Assembly (NCBI RefSeq): GCF_048593235.1
Contig: NC_133621.1
Span: forward strand, 204,435,238-204,499,237
Reading direction: 5' to 3'
Length of the DNA stretch: 64,000 bases
Source of the DNA: Sminthopsis crassicaudata
Taxonomy: Eukaryota
The notes beneath the pieces were generated by a model. That model made no database searches, was not told the origin of the DNA, and was given only the letters and a program-made list of their open reading frames with translations. Positions 1 to 10,519 of the stretch are shown here, one piece after another. Both the position numbers and the translations under genes were made by a program. Each line of letters opens with the position of its first letter. Position 1 is the stretch's first letter.

Positions 1-521
1 CTCATTTAATCTCCTGAGGCCTCAGTTTTCTCATTTGCAAAAAATGAGGAGATAGTAATAAATGATCTTCAAGGTCTCTTTCAGTTGTAGATCTATGGCC
101 CTAGGAATACTCTATGCTCTCCAAATTCATACTGCATTTATTTGTAGGTAATATCCCTCACTAAGAAAAAGAGTACATTTTTGATGAGATGTTTAATGGC
201 CTCTTTTCTTGGTACTGTTTTAAATTCATAGATTCTTCTCTTAAATGTTGAAATTTAAATATATGAAGGCGTTCTTGAACTTGATTTTCTAGCCATACAT
301 AAATATTAAGGGTAACCATATAGTGACACTGTTAGACAAAAGATGGAGGCACCTTGAGCCTTTTATACTCAAATGTAGGAGCACGTCTAATGAAATGTAT
401 AGAGAAGTAGAAGGGTCTTTTGGGCCAAAATTTCTGGGTTTTTTTTTTTTATAAAAAAAAAACAACAAAAAACCCCAAAACAGCTTGAACCCTTCTAAGA
501 GACACCACCTTCTCAAATTCA

Positions 522-742
522 NNNNNNNNNNNNNNNNNNNNNNNNNNNNNNNNNNNNNNNNNNNNNNNNNNNNNNNNNNNNNNNNNNNNNNNNNNNNNNN
601 NNNNNNNNNNNNNNNNNNNNNNNNNNNNNNNNNNNNNNNNNNNNNNNNNNNNNNNNNNNNNNNNNNNNNNNNNNNNNNNNNNNNNNNNNNNNNNNNNNNN
701 NNNNNNNNNNNNNNNNNNNNNNNNNNNNNNNNNNNNNNNNNN
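522..742. other. Assembly gap (221 N)
   Basis: Run of N. Both flanks align to intron 1 of the other LYZ copies. Confidence 1.
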
Positions 743-1149
743 ACTGGAAAGCTTCAGTACCTATGTATTAAACTTGAAAGATCTGGGACCAGGGACTATC
801 ATAGAAATTTTCAGATTTGGATGATGCAGCTCCATAAAGAAATAAACAAGCTGGTTTTGTTCAGTGGATTCTGGACACAATATTTAATTAATTTGGTGTT
901 ATTAAGTTCTTGAATTCCCTTCCCCCAGCCGTAAAGTCTTACTCCTTGAAATTTGGTTTCTAGGTGATTCATTTAATGTTTTTAAACTGAGGAGTTTTAT
1001 TTTAAGTTATATTAACAGTCAAAGGAAAAATGTTAAAAGAACAAGATATGATGCATTAAAAAACAACAACAACAACAACAAAAAAAAAACTATTATCCCC
1101 ATTCTTAGCTCTCCTCTTCTATGCAGGTTCTAAAGAAGATCAGACTTAC

Positions 1150-1258
1150 AGTCAACTAGACTGATTCCATTGTAGCTCTCCATGTCATTATCTTTCAGAA
1201 CTTCAGCAAAGTCACTACCATCAAGAGGAAAAGAACCCAGAAGGAGAACCTTCCTCAT
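1150..1258 (-). pseudogene. LYZ: Lysozyme C paralog P0, exon 1 only (rest lies left of the window); damaged signal peptide, probable pseudogene
   Basis: Reverse complement reads ATG AGG AAG GTT CTC CTT CTG ... GAC TTT GCT GAA GTT CTG AAA GAT AAT GAC ATG GAG AGC TAC AAT GGA ATC AGT CTA GTT GAC T|GTAAGT, giving MRKVLLLGSFPLDGSDFAEVLKDNDMESYNGISLVD. It aligns to exon 1 of copy A with 27 nt missing. The upstream ~350 bp and intron 1 are homologous to the other copies. Confidence 0.85.
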
Positions 1259-1311
1259 GTCCAAATAACCAATCAAACTGCTCCAAGTGCTAAACCTGAG
1301 CTGGACTTCGA

Positions 1312-1340
1312 TATGTAACTTCTCTCTCAAGTTCCTCTTC
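1312..1340 (-). promoter_or_regulatory. P0 proximal promoter: ETS/PU.1-like GAAGAGGAACT conserved; TATA-like box mutated to TTACATA
   Basis: agttcctcttc at 1330-1340 is identical to 9311-9321 of copy A. tatgtaa at 1312-1318 replaces tatttaa. Confidence 0.6.
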
Positions 1341-1584
1341 TTATTTGTCTGAAGGCCCCATTTTCCTAGTTATGTAGAAATGAAGATCTATTTATAATGA
1401 CATTTTCTCTCTTTCCTTGAAGGTAGAAGACTTGGCGCATGGAAGGGCATGGAGGTTTCCCTCTTTTCCTGAAGGCAGAATGAGAGTGGGAGGAACAGTT
1501 TCTGCTTTCTGAGTGTTTGAGCAATTAATGAATCTGATTTATTAGCAAACAAAAGTGTGGTAGAGGGATGGCCCAGATAAGCCA

Positions 1585-2560
1585 GTCAATAAACATTGAT
1601 TAAGCATCTGCCACCCGGACACTGTGCTGAATGTTAAGAGCAATAACAGAGTAAAATGTTCTTGCCAAAGGTCTAACTAATGCTAGTTCAAAGCCGCTTC
1701 TTTTGTGATCTCGGACATATCTGTTCCATCGGTAAACAATTTATCTTTATCTTCAAGCAACCGATGATTAAGGTTGTTTGCACATATGACTCTGCTCTTT
1801 GATGGAGATCGGCTCCTCTATGCTTCATCTCTGTAGTGAGAGGCAGAGTTGGCAAGAGTTGGGAAGAGGGGAAATCTTTGTATTTTAGTTTCCAGATTGA
1901 GAGAAGGGACATGGATTTCCAGCTGCTCTTCAGGGAGAGGTCTTTGAGAGGGAGAAAGACTGGGAGGAAGTAAACAAGGAGAGAGAGTAAGAATTAGATG
2001 GATAGGTAAGGAGAGAGTGAAGCTTAGGGAAAGAGAGAGAGGATGATTGATAATCAACTGAAGAAGGGAAGGAATGGAACCAAAGTACAAATAAAGGGTT
2101 TGGTATTGGTAAGGAGAAGACTGACTTTTTCATCAGAAATAGGAATAAAGAAGGAAAAAGTGAGGGGAACATGACATGGAGTTTTGGGACACAGAAAAAT
2201 GGAGAAGAGAGAGTTTATGGTGATTGACTTCTACTTTCTCAGTAAAGTATGAGACAATTAATTACCTTTGCTGAAATGGAGAGAGGAGGAGGCAGTGTGA
2301 CAATCTTGAGGAGAAAAGAGTAGAGTGAAAACACGTGCTCTAGGAAATGTGAAAGAGAATTAATTTGAGAATTGCTTTACTGTAACAAGAACCTAGTTGA
2401 GATTAAATCACATCTATATGTGGATTGAACCCAGTCAATGTGATCATGTAACTTCTGCTAGCAATAAGCATGTCAGTAGGAGTGAAGAAAGCAAGATGGG
2501 AGGATTCAGGTGAGGTTGTAAACCAAGGATGTATGGAGTAAAGATAAGGTGAAGAACTTA
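1585..2560 (-). mobile_element. Ancient L2 LINE fragments (antisense)
   Basis: Starts with an L2-type end (caataaacattgattaagcatctg), followed by purine-rich antisense ORF2-like sequence. Highly decayed; boundaries approximate. Confidence 0.5.
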
Positions 2561-4482
2561 CAAGAATGTCTAAATTCCTTTTCTGTATTTTATTTTCTCT
2601 AGGTCTCTGTGTTCTCCGTGACTTCTAGAACATGGAAGGAGAATGGGAAAATAAAAGTCTAAGATAAAAGAAGGTTTGCTAATGGTCAAATAAAGGAAAA
2701 TTCAGGAAGGAAGCAGGAAACAGCTAACAGAATGAGATTGGGGGGTAAGAGGGAACATCCTAAGATAGGTAAGGATGAGAAAATGGGGACAGAGAGCAAG
2801 GAAGAGGGTTGTTTGTTTGTTTGTTTTTTTAAGCAGCTAGGGATTCTGTGTAACTGGGACTAGCAGAAGGGGAGGTAGGATCTGGCAGGTGATAAGACAT
2901 GGGGATATATTTAATGGGGCTCTCACCTTTAAGAGTTTGTGAATAGCATCTTTCAAGTGCTAGGAAAGAACTGAGGTTATGCTTGCAGGCAGTCCCTAAG
3001 TACAGAACCAATAACAAGAAATCCAGCTGAGAATTTTTACCTTGATTCTTCAAGTAGAGGCCTGTGGTTGAAGGCTATGATCCTCGAAGCTAGACCCTAA
3101 ATCCATCATATTTTTAGAGAATAAAAGCTGAGAAAAATAAATATAATCTTGAATAATTGAATGAGGATCAAAAGGTCTTAACAGCCTAGAATGTGAGTTT
3201 TCTACTTCACTTATTTTTTATTCTTCCTTATCTGGTCTGTTCAATTCATATGATTTTAAGATTTGCAATACATATATGTATGCCTATATCTATATTTAAA
3301 TATATATCTATAGTTATATCTATTTATCAATTCACCTATCTACATCATTCACAATTACTTTTCTACTTTTAAACCAGTAACAAATAATTTAGATGACTCC
3401 TATTTCATAATGCAGTTGGTTTCATCATTTAAAAATTATTTCCCTTAACATTTTGGATAATTTTCTTTCTCCAGATTTTGCTATTATTTTATCTAGATCT
3501 ATAAATCAACCCTGGTATTTTGATTGATATCGTATCATATATGTATATTAAGTTAGGTAATATTTTCATTTTTATTAAATAAGCATGGCCCAGACATGAG
3601 CATTGAATATTTCTCCAGAATTACAATAGTTCTTTTTTTTTTTTTAACTCATTCAGTGACCATTTATTAAGTTCCAGATATGCCAGATCATGTACTGAGC
3701 ACTGTGCATACAAAAAAATGCAAATGATCCCTGCTCTCAAGGAGTTTACATTCTAACCTGAGAGACATTATATAAATTATACATAAGGTATATACGGAAT
3801 AGTTGGGAAGTAACTTTCCAGTGGAAAGCTTTAGCAGTTGTGGATCGAAGGGGAAGGGAAAAAAGGCTAGCAAAAAATGGTATTTGAGCTGTTTTGAAGG
3901 AAGTCAGGGAAACTAAATTAGGATTAGATCTGTGCAGAATAGCACATTTATAGAAAGAAATTAGAGAAATATGTCATAATTTGGTGCATTTTTGTTCATA
4001 AACATATCCGTGTATATCTATGTATATTTATTTCAGGTATGATTCTTGATTATAAACAATCTCTTCACACTCTGCATTATGTAGTTGCCTAATAAAGATA
4101 CACCCCCTTCTCCTTTTTAGTACTGCCCATAGATTTCTGAAGAGACATAGATGACAGTTCTTGCCAGGTCAGGATTTCACTTTATGTACATTCCCTTTAA
4201 GATGTAGTCATGTTTTTTCTAGAACTGAAGAATTTCTGAACTCATGATACTAAATTGTCTCTTTACACTCAAACCTGAAATCATGGAGCTTTGTGTGATA
4301 ACTAGACAAGTTTCCTTTCAGTTTGAGTGTAACTAAAAATCTAAAAAAGGTAGTCAGCCATAAAACTATTATTAAACATTGTCTTTTGAAAACTAGTTGT
4401 TTCATTCATTCTGTGTCAATTTTGTTAGAGAAAATGATTTTTTTAAGAGAGAAGAATATAGTGTTTGATTTAAAAAAGCATC

Positions 4483-4488
4483 TTTATT
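4483..4488 (-). other. Candidate polyadenylation signal AATAAA of LYZ copy A
   Basis: tttatt on the + strand, about 45 nt past the stop codon. The equivalent site is degraded in copy B. Confidence 0.6.
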
Positions 4489-4531
4489 AGCAGAGGAAGC
4501 ATATTGAGTTGTAGGACCTAAAGGTGGCAGA

Positions 4532-4598
4532 TTACAGATGGCAACCTTTCAGGTATCCTGAAAGGTCTTTTCCTTGGCATTTGTTTTTCCAGGCCACC
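4532..4598 (-). CDS. LYZ: LYZ copy A exon 4 ([21 protein letters not shown])
   Basis: Acceptor tttctctacag|G GTG GCC TGG; stop TAA at 4532-4534. Confidence 0.97.
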
Positions 4599-7500
4599 CT
4601 GTAGAGAAAGGGAAATGAAACAATGAAAAACTGAGCAAAATTAGCCTTGGATAAATGTTCATTTTTAACATGGAGTTATAAAGTGATATTTATGAAATAC
4701 AATTACTATTTCAAAGAGAAAAGAAAAAACATAAAAAGAAAATGTCTCATTAGGCCTTAGTTTTCTCATTTTTTTTAAAAAAAAATCAGGCTATTGGATT
4801 TTAAAGATTTCTATTAGGTTTGAACCTTTGTGATTCTTAATGTTGAGGCAACCAATAAATGAATCCACTATTCAATGATCTGACCAAATTAGACTCTTTA
4901 ATATCTCCTTTTCTTGTTCCAATGTTTTCTATCTCTCGGCTTTTGGAAGCTAAGATTAATTTCTCACCTTTGCATGGCAATTTTCAATATATAAAATCCC
5001 CCTTCTTCAAGGCTCATCCCATAATACCTCCTTCCTGAAACTTCTCAAGATGCACCAAGTAAAAGTGATCCTTTCAAATTTCAACTATTTTTAAAATCTG
5101 CATGTCTCCTTTACATCTCACACATTTTGCTCTGTTTCATAACCCTTTGAATACTTGTCTTTTTTTTCCTATTTGGTTATAAGCTTCTTTGGAGATAGAG
5201 TTTATTTTAAGCATCTAATATAATGTTTTTTGTTACTGAACAAAATTTTGCAAACTAATTTGACTGAATACATTGCCCAATGCTGAAGAAATCAATTCAA
5301 AACATATTAATAATATCTGAAGGAGCATTCTTCCACCCTACCCAACCTAATTCCTTATTATTATTATTATATAATTATATTTTATTTATTATTATATAAT
5401 ATTATACATATATAAATATTATTATAGTATTTATACCATGCTTTCAATCTAGGATTTCTGACTTCTCACTCCCTCTCATTCCCCCCAAATAATCAGTTGC
5501 CAAGGCATCCCTTTTCTACCCCTGTAATATTTTTTGTGTATAGGGGAGAAAGGGATCTTCTCTAATCTGACTCTTCCAACAGCTGGTTGCAGGTTCTCAT
5601 CACTACACACCTGGATTATAACAATATGATCTCCCCATTCCAGTCTCTCCTCCATTCAATTGTCAAAAAGTTCTTCCTAAAACATAAATCTCACCATGTC
5701 ACCTCCTATTCAATTAACAGCTCCAGTGGTTCCAAATTACCCCCAGGATTACTCTGTTGGCATTCAAAGCCAAATCCATTTTGCCAGTTCTCTTATACTT
5801 TACACTCTTTGCTGTACTCTATGTCCAGTGGCACTAGTTTCCTAACTGTGCCTTGAATCAGACATTCCATCTCTCAATTGAACACATTTTCTCTGACTCT
5901 CTCCCTTGCCAGAACTCTCTCCCTCCTCTTTTCTGCCTCTCGGGTTCTCTCACTTCTTCAAATCTCAGCTAAAGCTCTACCTTCTGAATAAATCAAGATA
6001 AACTGCATCTAAGCTCTAGATTGCATGAATCTAAGTTTTATTGTATGGGACTATTAACATGAGTCCCATAATGACTTATTGCCTATCAAATAACATTCAA
6101 ATTCTACTTGGTTTTCTAATCCCTCCCACCTGGTACCTCCCAATTCTTTCAGCCTCATTTCATCACATTTAAGTGGTTCACTTCTATTCCTTTCTGTTCC
6201 CAGGATGCAATCTGTTGCTGTTCTCATCACATTCTACTCACACGGTTGCTGATGCATAGAATAGTTCATTTCCAATCATTTGATCTTATCCCTGAAGAAT
6301 CCAATTTAACCACCATTTCTTTCAGTGAACTCCAGAATCAACAATGATTTCTCCCCTTTGTACTTGGTTTGCATCTCACTTATGGACTTTGGGATCATTC
6401 TGAATTATAACTATCTGGATTTATGGCAAATCCATCTGCTAAATCCTAGGCTGCATGAGGTCAGGGACTGTGTCTTATTGAATATTTTTTCTCTCAACAC
6501 CTAGTGCAGTGCTCTATACACAGTAAATAGGTAATAGGTAGTCTTTTAAAAAGCTTGAAGATCTATAGAGTCATGTTGCAAACTGTTTTGATTAAAATTT
6601 TAAATTGTGCTCCTGCCTGTTATTTCATCTCTAAGTTATTGGGGTTTTTTGGGGGGCCGTGGGGACATGATTCCTGGCCACAAAAACAGATTGGCAGAAA
6701 AAAGCAGCACCACAAAAACCCTAGGATCCTTATTAGGAGAGGTTGACTCATAGAATATTGTTTAAAATAATTGCTAATAGAAATAAATCCAACTAGTTTA
6801 GTTGCTGCTAAGCAATACACAACAAAATGGACTTTATCTTTGAATAACCTCAGGTCATCCCTGAAAGAAATGAATTATTCTTTATAGTGATTGAAAACAT
6901 ACCATGCACTAATGCCTTGTTGATCTACAATCTTTTTTGCACAATTTACTGTTTTCACGAGGTTATCTTCCTCCAGTTCTGAAACAGAAATGAAAGCAGA
7001 CATAAGTAAGTTTCAAGTTCATTTTATCTAAAAGGACCAATCCTCCTAGTTAAGGAAGAAGAAACAATATTATAAGATTATTTTCCTAAATTCCAGATAA
7101 ATGAGACTGCAGTCAAGAAAGGAAAGGCCTGTGCTCTCATTCATCTCCTCCAGACCTGACTTGAATTTCTGTATCACTTTAAGGCTTACAAAATACTTTT
7201 CTCTCTATAACCCTGTAAAGCAGCCAATTTTCAGATGAGAAAATTGGGACTCAGAGAGGAGATGTGACTTGTCCATGGTAACACAAATAGTCAGTGTTAA
7301 TGTCAGAACTTAAAGTCAGATGTCTTGACTCCAGGCTCAGGGTGCAGGGACCATGACCGCAGGTTGAGGGTCATCCATTTAAAAAATCAGGAATAAAGTC
7401 AAACATGAATGGACATTCTGTTTCATTTTTTTTTTTCCTTTCAAATAAATAAGGGCTGTGAAGTTGTTGTGGTGGTGGGTGACTCATTCTTAACACAAGC

Positions 7501-9240
7501 TAAGAACAGATGAAGACTAGGGAGCTGAGTTGAAGTGACTTCTGCAGGAGCACTCAGCTGTCAGGTAGTGAGTGATAAAGACTGACCATACAGAACAGCA
7601 GCTTAGAAAAAACACATTTTGGCTCACTGGTCACAGAAATCAGTCAGGGATAGAAGTAGCACCGTTACATGCCCCACGTATTAATTCTGGAGCTGAAAGA
7701 CCAGGTTCAAATCTCACCTTGGACTCTCCCTCTCCCTGTATGACCTTGGACACTCTCACTTCCCCAGACCTCACTTTAACCACTTGGGAAGTGAGAGTGA
7801 TGGATTAGAGACGGCATCAAGAGATCTCTACATCTATGATCCTATAATGTGGACTAAAAGGATCAGTCTGAATCACTGAGAATTTCCATTACAGACATTC
7901 CCCAGCCAAAGGGGGAAGCTAATTTAGGTAGCTACCTAAAATGAAAGGAGAATTTGAAGAATTGGGTCCCTTCCTTCTGAATGATCTTGTACCAGTCAAC
8001 AACAGGACTAAGAAATGATACTCTTCTGAGAAGAGATGGCCTTTTTTTAGTTTGGGAATGATGAGAGAGGAACTGGGAAGGTTAATTAGAAATTGAGTTT
8101 CTTTTTGGCTTTCTAAAGCAGCTTCCCTGTGTAAGTGTTTAATCTGCATATTATGGACCTTGCTGAGCAGAGTTGCTGTGCCCCAGATCCCAGAGGTGGC
8201 TCTTACCTGAGCACTTGTAGCCACACCCATTGGTTGCATGTGGGGTCTTGCCATCATCACACCAGTAGTGACTGTTGATCTGCATTATCCCATAATCAGT
8301 GCTTTTATCTCCAGGGTTGTAGTTTCTTGCTTTGGTATTAAAACTGCTCTCCCACCTTGCCAAGCACACCCCTGTGAAGAATTCATTTAAAGAGGGATTA
8401 TTTCATATATTATCATATTTATCCAGGAAAACCAATACTCTTGAATTGATTAATCATCCTTCATTACTGATAGTCTATAGATGGTGCTTTGAATAAATTA
8501 CAGGTTCCAGAATCAAGAAGACCTGAGTTTAAATTCAGCCCTCAGAGACTATGTGTGTGACCCTGAGCAAATTGCTTAATCCTATCAGCCTCAGTTCCTT
8601 ACCGGTTTAAAAAAAAAAAAAAATTACCTGTAAAAGGAAATGGCAAAGCACTCCAGTGTCTTTGCCAAAACAAAACAAAACAGAACAAAACAAAACAAAA
8701 CAACAAATTGAGTAGCTTAGAGTTGGACACAGCTGAAATAACTCAACAACAGCAAAGCATTATTTTCTGGGTTTTTTTAATCGAGGAAATTGGGGTTAAG
8801 TGACTTGCTTATTATATATCTAGTAAAGTGCCTGAAGTCAAATTTGAACTCAGATCCTCCTAAACTCTGGGGCCAGTGTTCTATCCACTGCTTCATTCAG
8901 CTGCCCCAACAAAGCATTACTTTTGCCAGTGTGAGCTGATGGTTAAGTTTTCACTGAGCTTTTTAACTTTTGCAAATAGGCAAACATCCAAAGGAAGAAA
9001 TTGAAAATGAAAGAAAACAAATATTCATTCCTCTGAAACTGTCACCCCCATTTTTAGCCCTCCTCTCCTTAGGGTCTGTGGAGATCACAGGAGATCAAAC
9101 TTACAGTTAGCCAGGCTGATTTGATGGTAGTTAGCCAAACCCAGATTCTTTATTCTTCTGGCAAAATCACATCTCTCCAAGATCTCACCATGGACTACCA
9201 TGGGGAGGAAGATGAATCCCAGAAGAAGGAGTACCTTCAT
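4532..9240 (-). CDS. LYZ: Lysozyme C (c-type muramidase), copy A, intact: complement(join(4532..4598,6903..6978,8207..8371,9105..9240)), 147 aa
   Basis: Exons of 136+165+76+67 = 444 nt with all introns GT-AG. Protein: [147 protein letters not shown]. It has an 18-aa signal peptide, 8 Cys, catalytic Glu (WES) and Asp (TDYG), and the canonical 4-exon LYZ structure. Confidence 0.98.
5420..6010 (+). mobile_element. L2 LINE 3' fragment in LYZ-A intron 3
   Basis: L2-type motifs (cacctggattataac, aaatctcaccatgtcacc, aaatctcagctaaagctctaccttc). Confidence 0.6.
6903..6978 (-). CDS. LYZ: LYZ copy A exon 3 ([26 protein letters not shown])
   Basis: tttctgtttcag|AACTGG...GCATG|gtatgt; 76 nt. Confidence 0.97.
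8207..8371 (-). CDS. LYZ: LYZ copy A exon 2 (catalytic exon)
   Basis: ttcttcacag|GG GTG TGC...TGC TCA G|gtaaga; 165 nt; matches ORF 8151..8369. Confidence 0.98.
8490..8905. mobile_element. Two adjacent CORE-SINEs in LYZ-A intron 1 (MIR/Mar1-like + at ~8490-8760; WSINE/Mar1-like - at ~8770-8905)
   Basis: CORE motif gacctgagtttaaattcagcc...tgtgtgaccctgagcaa, then an inverted copy (ggggttaagtgacttgc...cagctgcccc). Confidence 0.75.
9105..9240 (-). CDS. LYZ: LYZ copy A exon 1 (signal peptide + N-terminus)
   Basis: ATG at 9240-9238; GCT AAC T|gtaagt donor; 136 nt. Confidence 0.98.
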
Positions 9241-9292
9241 GTTGCCTGAGTAGTCAAGCTGCTCCAACTGTTGAGGCTGAATCAAGCCCCAG

Positions 9293-9321
9293 TATTTAAC
9301 TTCTCTCTTCAGTTCCTCTTC
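9293..9321 (-). promoter_or_regulatory. LYZ-A proximal promoter: TATA-like TTAAATA (9293-9299) and ETS/PU.1-like GAAGAGGAACT (9311-9321)
   Basis: Position ~55-80 nt upstream of the ATG. The purine box is perfectly conserved in P0. PU.1/ETS control of lysozyme promoters is established in other vertebrates. Confidence 0.7.
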
Positions 9322-9619
9322 CTTGCTTTTTGAGGGCTCCACATGCTGGCTATGCAAAAATCAAGATTTGTTTATTGCTACATTTCCCTATTTCCCCTGA
9401 AGGCAGAAAACCTGGCACATAGTATGGGAAGGTACCTCTCCCTCTAGTCCAAGGTTCAATTAAGGTGACAGGACAGGGACAGATTCTGCTTTCCTGGTGT
9501 AACACCAGACTTACCCAACATTAGTGGAATTGATTTACCAGTAAATCAAATTGTAACAGAGGAAGAAAGACTCAGATAACAGGCTAAAATCCACCTTCCT
9601 CAACACTAATGCCAATCAG

Positions 9620-9770
9620 TCATCCTGATCTCTATCTGGCCAGTGGACCCAGATGGCTCTGGAGGGGAAAGTACAGCAGGTGACCCTGCACAGCCTCCCT
9701 CACTTAAATCCAATTCCTTACCTCCCTGATGTCATGGTCCTCTTGGAGAACAACAGTAACGATATATAAG
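9620..9770 (+). mobile_element. Marsupial SINE 3' part (Mar3/WALLSI-like)
   Basis: ggacccagatggctctggagg...cctcacttaaatccaattc...gatgtcatggtcctctt resembles RTE-related marsupial SINE ends; family name from memory. Confidence 0.5.
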
Positions 9771-9976
9771 ACAAGAGAGTCTGAGAATCACAGAATTTCA
9801 GAGTTAGAATGGAATCCAACTCTTTCCCATCCTATGTTCAAGTGGAATCTTCTCTGCAACCTACATGATGAATAGTCAAATAATTTTTCCTGGAATCCAA
9901 ATCTATTTTTAACAACTTTGAAACTTTTATTTACTTCATCTGAGAAAAATTGCACATTCATAAATTACAATCCTTA

Positions 9977-10519
9977 TGTAATATCAGTTATTAGTATTAC
10001 CTGTTTATGGGCCAGAACTCTGAACTTGAAACAAAGGATTCTTACAAGGTACTAAGTCAGTGGAATTGATAGAAACAATATTTATCTAATTTACATGGTT
10101 CAGTATGATTGATCTGATCCTACATCTCCTTATAGGGCCAGAACTTGAAACAAGGCACTAAGTGGAATTGAGGAGACAATGGTTAAATCTATTTTCCATT
10201 GATTTAATCTTACAACAAATAGTGGTTTCCTAGTGATACAATGATTGCTGTATACTCAGTGTGTAGGATATAAGTTAGAAGCCTCAGCCAGGGAGATTCA
10301 GAAGCCAGAGAAGGCAGGCGGGAGCTCAAGCTTTCGGAAACAAGGAGAGAGGAAGGCCTCCAGAAAAACTAGCTGAGCCCCCAGTGAAGAAGACAATAAA
10401 GGATTTGGACCTTAACCCCTGGCTACTCTGGTGGTGATTGATCAACTGAAACAAAGGCTGCTCCAGAGACCCCAAGAAAACCTCAACAGAGAACATTACA
10501 TTTTAGAGAGAACATTACA
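9977..10519 (+). mobile_element. Solo LTR ~0.7 kb upstream of LYZ-A
   Basis: TGTAA...TTACA termini, internal gatataa and AATAAA (gacaataaagg), internal short duplications. Flanks ctta/atta are an imperfect 4-bp TSD. Confidence 0.7.

Noticed and set aside
485-913. 142-aa ORF across the first gap; possibility that P0 exon 2 lies in the gap
   Set aside because: The ORF is an artefact of Ns. Both flanks map to nearly adjacent positions of paralogous intron 1, so exon 2 must lie left of the window.
4532-9240. Alpha-lactalbumin or calcium-binding lysozyme, suggested by the 76-nt exon 3
   Set aside because: Catalytic Glu and Asp are intact, the Asp-rich calcium loop is absent, and the motifs are typical of lysozyme.
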